From the NCBI GenBank assembly GCA_964598205.1, contig CAZRBB010000001.1, positions 156,199-220,198 on the forward strand: 64,000 bases of DNA, read 5' to 3'. The position numbers and the translations under genes were made by a program. Numbering within the stretch: position 1 is the first letter of the stretch; each line of letters opens with the position of its first letter. The stretch is from an uncultured Candidatus Saccharibacteria bacterium. Lineage in GTDB: Bacteria; Patescibacteriota; Minisyncoccia; CAIUEV01; JAHKAQ01. Below, one piece after another: positions 56,849-64,000 of the stretch. A model generated the notes under the pieces. The model saw only the letters and a program-made list of their open reading frames with translations, was not told the origin of the DNA and did not search any database.

Positions 56849-56888
56849 CAAACCCTCTCAAAACCCCTTATAATTCGGTACAATTACC
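56849..56888 (+). repeat. 40-bp direct repeat, copy 1 (promoter-like)
   Basis: caaaccctctcaaaaccccttataattcggtacaattacc; 37/40 identical to 58531-58570. Confidence 0.85.
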
Positions 56889-56890
56889 GT

Positions 56891-56954
56891 ATTAAGTTCA
56901 GACAAACCCTTATTTTGGGATGCTGATCCCGCCAAAATTAATCTCAATAAGAAC
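56891..56954 (+). pseudogene. Relic of a DUF6922-like antitoxin N-terminus
   Basis: IKFRQT then +1 frame LFWDADPAKINLNKN, compare YFWDVDVKEIDFGKH at 58623. Confidence 0.5.
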
Positions 56955-56961
56955 AATCAAA

Positions 56962-57933
56962 ATGGCCAAAAAAGAAATTATTATCTATCAATCAAAAAAC
57001 GGTGCTCTTAGGTTTAGGGGAGATTTTAAAAAGGAGACTATTTGGGCGAGCTTGCAACAAATTGCCAATCTTTTTGAAACCGACAAATCCGGTATCTCTC
57101 GCCATATTCAAAATATTTATCAAACTGGTGAATTGGAACCAAAGGCAACTGTTGCAAAAATTGCAACAGTTCAAACCGAGGGGAATCGAACAGTAAAAAG
57201 GGAAATTGAGTATTACAATTTGGATCTGATTCTTTCTGTAGGATATCGTGTCAATTCCAAAACAGCCACGAAGTTTCGCCAGTGGGCAACCAAGACACTG
57301 CGCGAGCATATTGTTACGGGCTACACCATCAACAAAAAGCAAATCGCTAAAAATTACGCTCAATTTTTACAAGCAGTTGAATCGGTAAAAAAGCTGTTGC
57401 CGGCCGGCGGGCAAATCGAGGTAGGAGACACGCTGGAGCTGGTTAAAATGTTTGCCAATACTTGGATGTCTTTGGATGCGTACGATAAGTCTTCCCTGCC
57501 CAAATCCGGCTCAACCAAAAAACAAGCCAAAATAACGGCGGAAGAATTAACGGAAGCAATCGCGGAATTAAAGAGGGACTTACAAAAGAAAAAGGAAGCT
57601 ACGGAACTTTTTGCCCAAGAACGCCAAAAAGAAGCGATTGCCGGTATTGTGGGGAATGTATTTCAATCGGTTTTTAGTCGCGACGCTTACGAAACGCTGG
57701 AAGAAAAATCGGCGCATCTGCTTTACTTTTTTGTAAAAAATCATCCGTTCGTTGACGGCAACAAAAGAAGCGGAGCGTTTGCGTTTGTATGGTTTTTAAA
57801 TAAAGCTGGGCTTTTACAAAAAGACAGAATGTCTCCCGAAGCGCTGACTGCGCTTACGCTTTTAGTAGCTGAAAGCAATCCTAAAGACAAAGACAAAATG
57901 ATCGGCCTAGTGTTGCAACTGCTTAAGAGGTAA
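56962..57933 (+). CDS. RhuM/virulence-protein N-domain fused to Fic/DOC domain
   Basis: YNLDLILSVGYRVNS..AT.FRQWA and HPFVDGNKRSG; start taken at ATG 56962. Confidence 0.9.
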   Translation: MAKKEIIIYQSKNGALRFRGDFKKETIWASLQQIANLFETDKSGISRHIQNIYQTGELEPKATVAKIATVQTEGNRTVKREIEYYNLDLILSVGYRVNSKTATKFRQWATKTLREHIVTGYTINKKQIAKNYAQFLQAVESVKKLLPAGGQIEVGDTLELVKMFANTWMSLDAYDKSSLPKSGSTKKQAKITAEELTEAIAELKRDLQKKKEATELFAQERQKEAIAGIVGNVFQSVFSRDAYETLEEKSAHLLYFFVKNHPFVDGNKRSGAFAFVWFLNKAGLLQKDRMSPEALTALTLLVAESNPKDKDKMIGLVLQLLKR

Positions 57934-58109
57934 AGATAACAAAAGCGATTAGCTACATTCTCTTTCCCCTAAATGTCGGCCAGAGAAAAGTTTTCACTGT
58001 CAATGAAAACAATCCCAGAATAGTTTTCAATATAAATGAAAACATTTGCTTTAAAAAAGTCATCAGGAAAAAGCACCATGGTTGATAGTTGACTGTAAAC
58101 TGTAAACTA

Positions 58110-58604
58110 ATGAAAAATAAATTAAGAAAATCAGTTATTGTGACTTTTTTCCTCCTGATGTTATTAAGCGTTTCCGTATCTTTATTTAATTTTTGGCAAA
58201 TAAAAAATCTAAAGAGAACTAGCAACGCAAGGATAGAAGAGCTGGAATACTTCTACAATGATTTTAGGGAGATTTCTAGAAAAGAACCAAAGAAGAATAT
58301 ACCGGAAGAAATTTCTCCGGAAAACACAGAAAAAGCCTGGGCAATTCATGAGCAGGATAACGAAAACTTAAAAGAAAGATCGCTGAAACTTTCTCCAGAC
58401 GGAACAAAGAAGGCTTATTTTCAGGAAAAGTTTATCTCAGATATTAAAGATATTGGGAATACCGATTATATTTCTTTAATCGTAGAGAAAAAAAACGGGG
58501 ATAATGAAATCTATTTCAAATTCCACCGCCCAAACCCTATCAAAACCCCATATAATTTGGTACAATTACCACATCAAGCAAGAGTAAAACTGCAAAATAC
58601 TTAA
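58110..58604 (+). CDS. Membrane-anchored hypothetical protein, probably truncated
   Basis: N-terminal TM; a single LSPDG..AY propeller-like motif; C-terminus reads through the 40-bp repeat. Confidence 0.5.
   Translation: MKNKLRKSVIVTFFLLMLLSVSVSLFNFWQIKNLKRTSNARIEELEYFYNDFREISRKEPKKNIPEEISPENTEKAWAIHEQDNENLKERSLKLSPDGTKKAYFQEKFISDIKDIGNTDYISLIVEKKNGDNEIYFKFHRPNPIKTPYNLVQLPHQARVKLQNT
58531..58570 (+). repeat. 40-bp direct repeat, copy 2 (extended -10 TGGTACAAT upstream of DUF6922)
   Basis: caaaccctatcaaaaccccatataatttggtacaattacc. Confidence 0.85.
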
Positions 58605-58622
58605 TATTTTAGCGTTCAGAAA

Positions 58623-58874
58623 ATGACCCAAGACGATCTAGGAAAATATTTCTGGGATGTTGATGTTAAAGAGATTGATTTTGGCAAACATGCCCGTTTT
58701 GTTATTGAAAGAATCCTAAATTTTGGTAACGAAGAATCTGTTAGATGGCTACGAAAGCGCTATTCCGACAATGAAATAAAAGAGGTCGTTTTAAAGAGTA
58801 GAAATTTAAATAAAAAAGCTCGTAATTTTTGGAACATCATTTTTCAAATTAATTTTTCTAAGAACAATGGATAA
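58623..58874 (+). CDS. DUF6922-like putative antitoxin
   Basis: FWD...IERIL.FG...W pattern; overlaps the AbiEii gene. Confidence 0.8.
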   Translation: MTQDDLGKYFWDVDVKEIDFGKHARFVIERILNFGNEESVRWLRKRYSDNEIKEVVLKSRNLNKKARNFWNIIFQINFSKNNG

Positions 58875-59511
58875 TAATCTTCATTTGGAAGTTTTGCCGG
58901 AAGATCAGAGGCTATTATTACAAAAATTAGCAAAGGAAGACTGGCTTGGGGATTTTTATTTGGCCGGAGGAACGGCCTTGGCCTTGCAAATAGGACACCG
59001 CGAATCTATTGATTTTGATTTCTTTTCTAAAAAAGAATTTGGGCATCAAGAGATTATTCAAAAGCTGGAGAGAATCGGTTCCTTTGAATTGTTTCAGGGA
59101 GATGAGGGCACTATCAATGGTCGGCTTTCAGAAATTCGGATTTCTTTTTTTTACTACAAGTACAAAATCGTAGAAGATCCAATAGTTTATGAAAAATTAA
59201 ACATTGCCAATAAGCTTGATATTGCTCTTATGAAATTAGAAGCCATCTCGGGCCGTGGTAGTCGTAAGGATTTTATTGACCTTTATTTTCTCTTAAGAGA
59301 GTTTTCCTTAGAAAGACTATATTCTGATTATCCTCTAAAATACGGCCAAGGATTGGATAATAAATATCACTTATTAAAATCTCTAGCCTATTTTGAAGAC
59401 GCGGAAAAAGAACCTATGCCAAAAATGCTCATTTCTATTGATTGGGAAAAAATAAAATCGGCAATCTTAAAAGAGGTTGGCACAATTGAACAAAACATTT
59501 TAAAAGAATAA
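58867..59511 (+). CDS. AbiEii/AbiGii-family nucleotidyltransferase toxin (type IV TA)
   Basis: FYLAGGTALALQIGHRESIDFDFF, MKL.AI..R...KDF.DLY. Confidence 0.9.
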   Translation: MDNNLHLEVLPEDQRLLLQKLAKEDWLGDFYLAGGTALALQIGHRESIDFDFFSKKEFGHQEIIQKLERIGSFELFQGDEGTINGRLSEIRISFFYYKYKIVEDPIVYEKLNIANKLDIALMKLEAISGRGSRKDFIDLYFLLREFSLERLYSDYPLKYGQGLDNKYHLLKSLAYFEDAEKEPMPKMLISIDWEKIKSAILKEVGTIEQNILKE

Positions 59512-59584
59512 ATTTTCACCCCCGCACTCTAATAAAAGAGATACGAGGGTGAGTTGTTTTGTTCGGCTGGGTTTTGTTGCAATG

Positions 59585-59938
59585 TTAATCCATTACAATA
59601 ATAATTGTTCGCTCGGTCCGACCAAAGCGAACAATCTGTCCTGCTAGTCTTTCTATAATTCCCCTAATTCCTTGGCGCTCCTTGCCAAGGGTGGTACCAA
59701 AAACATTTTTTCCTTCTACCACCACCACCAGCTGGTCAAATCCCTTGTCAGGACAGCTATAGCTGGCGTTGCCGGTAAAGGAATGAAAGGTTATTCCGTA
59801 CCCTCCTTGAATCGTCTCATAAGTTTCTACGTAACCCAAGGGAAGTACTGCCTCTGCCTCTGCCTTTGCCGGATCGTTTATGAGCATTAATCCCAAAAAA
59901 AATAATCCAACAAATAAATTTTTTAAAAATTTCTTCAT
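59585..59938 (-). CDS. Secreted hypothetical protein
   Basis: Signal peptide ending AKA; AAGGAG upstream on the minus strand. Confidence 0.6.
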   Translation of the reverse strand: MKKFLKNLFVGLFFLGLMLINDPAKAEAEAVLPLGYVETYETIQGGYGITFHSFTGNASYSCPDKGFDQLVVVVEGKNVFGTTLGKERQGIRGIIERLAGQIVRFGRTERTIIIVMD

Positions 59939-60131
59939 AAGGTTCTCCTTTTTTTGTTCCCACCCATCCGAACACCTGATTCTAGTCCATACAATTTTTG
60001 TTTACAAGGTTATTATAATTAAGTGACCAAGTATTTCTTTTTTGTTAAAATGATTTAGAAGTGTAGCAATTGTATTTTTTAAAGGTTGTTAAAACATTTT
60101 GAATAATTCTATTAACTAAATTTAATCAATT

Positions 60132-60956
60132 ATGCAATCCAAAAGATTTTTTTTCGCAACGGTTTTTTCCTTCTTTGTCTTGGTTCTTGCCGGCTGTTCG
60201 GCAGAGTCCGAAGCCACCAATCCTCTAGATCCAGAAGTCTTAAGAAAGGCAGGAAGTTCTGTGAACCAGGATAATAATTTGGAAAATAAAAGAGATCAAA
60301 GAAAAGAGCTGAGCATTGCCGGAGGGGATCTTCCTGCTCCTGATTCGGCAAAAGAACCCGACTCAGCCCAAAAACCAACGACTACCGAACAAAAAACCCT
60401 AAATAATAAAAATTCACCAACAAATATGGACAATCAAAAACCAGTTCCCCAAAATTCCGACTATGCTTCTAAGTATAAATCGGCAGTGATCAAAACTAAT
60501 TTAGGAGAAATTAAAGTTTCCTTTTTCGGCGCCGATTCACCAAAAACGGTCAATAACTTTTTAAAACTAGCTAACGAAGGCTTTTACAACAAAACAACTT
60601 TTCACAGGGTGATTAAGGATTTTATGATTCAAGGCGGTGATCCGCTATCTAAAGACGACGACTGGTCCAATGACGGCACCGGTGGTCCTGGGTACAGCTT
60701 TGCCGATGAGTTTAACGATCATAAGCTAGTGCGTGGTTCCTTAGCCATGGCCAATTCCGGCCCCAATACTAATGGCTCGCAATTCTTTATTGTTACCGCC
60801 GAACAAACACCTCATTTAGACGGCAAGCACACTAATTTTGGAGAAGTCACCGAAGGAATGGCAGTTTTAGATAAAATAGAAAATCAAAAGACTAACAACA
60901 ACGATCATCCCTTGGTAAATGTGGTAATCGAGGGGATTGAGCTATTAGAAAAATAA
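60132..60956 (+). CDS. Cyclophilin-type peptidyl-prolyl isomerase, lipoprotein
   Basis: LAGC lipobox; FHRVIKDFMIQGGDP, AMANSGPNTNGSQFFI, HLDGKH. Confidence 0.95.
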   Translation: MQSKRFFFATVFSFFVLVLAGCSAESEATNPLDPEVLRKAGSSVNQDNNLENKRDQRKELSIAGGDLPAPDSAKEPDSAQKPTTTEQKTLNNKNSPTNMDNQKPVPQNSDYASKYKSAVIKTNLGEIKVSFFGADSPKTVNNFLKLANEGFYNKTTFHRVIKDFMIQGGDPLSKDDDWSNDGTGGPGYSFADEFNDHKLVRGSLAMANSGPNTNGSQFFIVTAEQTPHLDGKHTNFGEVTEGMAVLDKIENQKTNNNDHPLVNVVIEGIELLEK

Positions 60957-60966
60957 AAATAATTTT

Positions 60967-62709
60967 TTATTCCCCGCATTCTTGATAAAGCGCCCTAGTA
61001 CAACCACGGCACTTCTCTTTTTCAATGTATCTTTTAAAGGCCATCTTAATTGCTGCGGTAGTGTCTACTGCGATTCTTTTTTGAACTCGTCGAATAACTC
61101 CACTAGTCAAAAGAACTTCTCTGACCGCCGGTTTTATATTGGTAAAAATGACTTTTACTTTCTTTTCTTCTATTTTTTCTAAGAATTTTTCTAAAGCATG
61201 AACGCCACTGGCATCGAGTATCTCTACGCCTTTCATGCGGATAATAATTACTCTTTCGTTTCCGTTATGAATATCTCTTAATTTGTCTTCTAATTCTGCC
61301 ATTGCTCCAAAAAATAATGGGCCGTCTATTTGATAAACAGAAAGTTGAGGGCACCCTTCTTCATTGTTTTGGCATTCGTAAAGTTTTCGGCAAGGGCCCT
61401 TAGGAATAACTTTAGTGACTTGAGGATGGGAAACTTTTTTTAAAAACAGAGCTAAAGAAAAAAGAACACCAATATAAACTGCCATTTCTAATTCTAAAAG
61501 AAGAGTTGAAAGAAGAGTGGTTAAAAAAACAACTCGATCGGCGGTAGTGGCTTTCCAAGAAAGGGCGACTGCCTTTTTGTCTACCATGGAATAAGCAATC
61601 ACAATAATAATTCCGGCCAAGCTAGCAATGGGAATATTTTTTGCAAAAGGAGCTAGCGCTAAGAGGATAAAGAGAATAAACAGGCCAGAACCAATGCCAG
61701 ACAAGCGAGTTTTGGCGCCGGACTGAAAATTGACTGCCGAGCGAGTAAAGGAGCCACTTCCAGGAATAGAAGATGAAAAGGCGGCTAACGCATTAGCCGA
61801 TCCCTGAGCAATTAATTCCCGATTACCGTTTATTTTTTCACCGCTGGCACTGGCGATTGATTTAGAAATAGAAAAAGCTTCTACGATTCCCAAGATTCCA
61901 ATTGCTAAAGCAGAAGGAAAAAGCACGCGGATATTTTCTGGATCAAGGGAAAAATGAGAAAAGGGTGGTGGTGTTTGCGGAATGGTGCCGATTATTTTCA
62001 CTCCATTTTTCTCTAATCCCAAAAACGCTGTTAAAGATCCGCAAATAATAAGCACCAAAAGTGCCCCCGGAATTTTCTTAGAAATCTTTTTTAAAATCAA
62101 AATAAAGAAAATACTAAAAACTCCCAGAAAAAGAGACCAATTGTTAGTTTCCCGAAGATGGGAAAAAGTATTTCCCAGGTTGTCTAAAAAATGAGGACTA
62201 GCGGCAAACTTTAATCCCAACAGATTCTTTAATTGATTAACGCTAATTAGTAAACCAGCGCCAAAAGTAAAACCAACAACCACTGAGTGAGAAACAAAAT
62301 TAACTAAGCTACCAAATTTTATTAATCCTAAAAAAATCTGAACAAGACCAACCAAGAAAGAGAGTAGAAAAACAATCTCTATTTTTTGTGCTTCTGGTAA
62401 TGAATTGGCAATCGTTCCAGCAATAACCGTACTGGCCATGGTAGAAGAAACTACCATGGAAATAGCATTGGTGGGCCCAGCAATCAAAAAACGAGAGCTA
62501 CCTAAAATAGAAGAAATAATTACCGGAAGAATACAGGAATAAAGGCCGTACTTAGGATGGACTCCTGCAATCAAGGCATAGGCCATGGATTGCGGTAAGG
62601 CAATAACGGCAACTGTTAGGGCAGAAACAATGTCTGCCTTGAGCTTAATAAAATTATAATCAATAAGATCCGGAAAAAATTGGCCAAAACTCACTACCTT
62701 TAATCTCAT
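60967..62709 (-). CDS. SulP/SLC26 anion transporter with STAS domain
   Basis: LPQSMAYALIAG, GPT, GSFTRS, GPLFFG, DASG; C-terminal CRGC...EC. Confidence 0.95.
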   Translation of the reverse strand: MRLKVVSFGQFFPDLIDYNFIKLKADIVSALTVAVIALPQSMAYALIAGVHPKYGLYSCILPVIISSILGSSRFLIAGPTNAISMVVSSTMASTVIAGTIANSLPEAQKIEIVFLLSFLVGLVQIFLGLIKFGSLVNFVSHSVVVGFTFGAGLLISVNQLKNLLGLKFAASPHFLDNLGNTFSHLRETNNWSLFLGVFSIFFILILKKISKKIPGALLVLIICGSLTAFLGLEKNGVKIIGTIPQTPPPFSHFSLDPENIRVLFPSALAIGILGIVEAFSISKSIASASGEKINGNRELIAQGSANALAAFSSSIPGSGSFTRSAVNFQSGAKTRLSGIGSGLFILFILLALAPFAKNIPIASLAGIIIVIAYSMVDKKAVALSWKATTADRVVFLTTLLSTLLLELEMAVYIGVLFSLALFLKKVSHPQVTKVIPKGPCRKLYECQNNEEGCPQLSVYQIDGPLFFGAMAELEDKLRDIHNGNERVIIIRMKGVEILDASGVHALEKFLEKIEEKKVKVIFTNIKPAVREVLLTSGVIRRVQKRIAVDTTAAIKMAFKRYIEKEKCRGCTRALYQECGE

Positions 62710-62830
62710 TTTGATTTTTATTAGGAAAGTTTATTAAGAAACAAAAAACTTCTCCCCCAAAAAGGAAGAAGGTTTTAAAATGTTGCTTTTAATACTACTT
62801 AAGTAGGTTGTGGTCGTCAAACCAAGCAAA

Positions 62831-63646
62831 CTATTCTATTTTTCCTAAAAGCTTAATTTGGACTTTTATTTTTTTACCCAGAATAGCTTGAACTAATTTT
62901 GGAGAATTAGAACTCCAATCAGAAAACCAATACTCATCTTCTGGGGTTTCTTTTTTGTGCGAGTGATCGGGGTTTTGGATAGATAGTTCTTCAGCCAGAG
63001 CCATTGACCCTTCTAAAAGAGAGACATTTTTTCCTAGAACTTTTTTAATAATCGGTTTTAAAAGAGGGTAGTGAGTGCAGCCCAAAACCAAGGCATTGAT
63101 TTTCTTTTTTTTGAGAGGAGTAAGGTATTTTATTGCCGCATCTAGAGAGATCTTATTTTTGAATAGACCTTCTTCTACAATCGGCACAAAAAGCGGACAG
63201 GCCACAGAGAAAGCCGTTACTCTTGGGCAGGCTATTTTAATTTCTTTAGGATAGGCCCGACTCTTAATTGTTCCATTGGTGCCTATTATTCCTAAGCGAT
63301 ATTTTTTTTGGGGAGATTTTAAGAAAAACAAAGAAGCTTCTTTTTCTATCTTTCTTACTGCCGGAGAAATAACATCGTAAAAACAAATAGTGGGAAATTT
63401 TTTGCAAAGATGATCATAGGCTAGCGCCGAAGCAGTATTACAAGCAATAACTATTTTCTTTGCTCCTCGGCTAATTAAAAAATCAGCCACTTCTTCGGCA
63501 TATTTACAAACTGTTGCCGGACTTTTATCTCCCCAAGGAACTCTGGCGGTGTCGCCGAAATAAATTATTTTTTCGTTTCCTAATTTTTTCTTAATTTCTT
63601 TTAGAACAGTTAGGCCACCAAGGCCACTATCAAAAACACCAAGCAT
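62831..63646 (-). CDS. murI: Glutamate racemase
   Basis: FDSGLGG, IACNTAS, LGCTHYP. Confidence 0.97.
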   Translation of the reverse strand: MLGVFDSGLGGLTVLKEIKKKLGNEKIIYFGDTARVPWGDKSPATVCKYAEEVADFLISRGAKKIVIACNTASALAYDHLCKKFPTICFYDVISPAVRKIEKEASLFFLKSPQKKYRLGIIGTNGTIKSRAYPKEIKIACPRVTAFSVACPLFVPIVEEGLFKNKISLDAAIKYLTPLKKKKINALVLGCTHYPLLKPIIKKVLGKNVSLLEGSMALAEELSIQNPDHSHKKETPEDEYWFSDWSSNSPKLVQAILGKKIKVQIKLLGKIE

Positions 63647-63693
63647 TTTTTTTAAATAAAAATCATGTTCACTTTTTATAGCACATCTTTATT

Positions 63694-63770
63694 CAATTAT
63701 GAATTACGAATTTTGAATTTCGAAATAATTTAGAATTTAAAATTCGTAGTTCAATCGAAATTTCTAATTA
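63694..63770. repeat. AT-rich imperfect palindromic heptamer repeat, copy 3
   Basis: aattatgaattacgaattttgaatttcgaaat...aattcgtag...cgaaatttctaatt. Confidence 0.55.
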
Positions 63771-64000
63771 ACCACCAGCATAATTTAAATTCAAGAGGAG
63801 ACGCTCAATTTTTTCCGGCGAAAAATTTCGCTAGAATATTGGAAAAATTTTCGGAACCGAAAATATTTTCAAAGAGCATGCTCAACGGTTAATTCAAAAC
63901 AGACAAAATTTCACCTAGAGTCTTATTGAGGTTGTATTTAGAATTGGTAAATTTTTTTGAAGAAAATGAAATTCATAATAGTGACGAGGGTGAAAATATT

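Noticed and set aside
63770-64000. Partial CDS at the window end
   Set aside because: The frames I translated are short or ambiguous; no call can be supported.
1-64000. Alternative genetic code (UGA=Gly)
   Set aside because: Conserved genes are full length under code 11, and TGA acts as a stop in ATGA overlaps (hydB/hydA, apbE, ftsW/murG).

Overview
AT-rich bacterial chromosome segment (standard genetic code). Gene style suggests a Patescibacteria/CPR (Parcubacteria-like) genome; this is inference from the split ComEC, pilin, short ProS, short SMC and scarce Shine-Dalgarno sites. Housekeeping content: gap, murB/C/D/G/I, ftsW, tandem ddl, mreB, rlmN, clpP, tig, ppaC, nusA, tyrS, proS, trmD, khpA, smc-like and four tRNAs (Ser-CGA, Arg-CCG, initiator Met-CAT, Arg-TCT). 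Best leads: (1) a four-gene ApbE flavinylation / di-heme membrane module whose candidate substrate has a non-canonical C-terminal TTKSS motif; (2) a trimeric [FeFe]-hydrogenase with non-bifurcating signatures directly upstream of gap, divergent from a TM1266-type regulator domain carrying a ~300-aa disordered extension; (3) dispersed palindromic intergenic elements with conserved cores and compensatorily changed stems, one supplying the rlmN stop codon; (4) a collapsed ars operon with a microhomology fusion; (5) an ACGT-type R-M pair with apparent ACGT depletion; (6) integrase-less accessory regions downstream of tRNA 3' ends (HTH-PRTase, DUF2130, two Fic, DUF6922-AbiEii). No CRISPR array, rRNA, transposase or integrase seen. 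All family assignments come from motif recognition by eye, not database searches.
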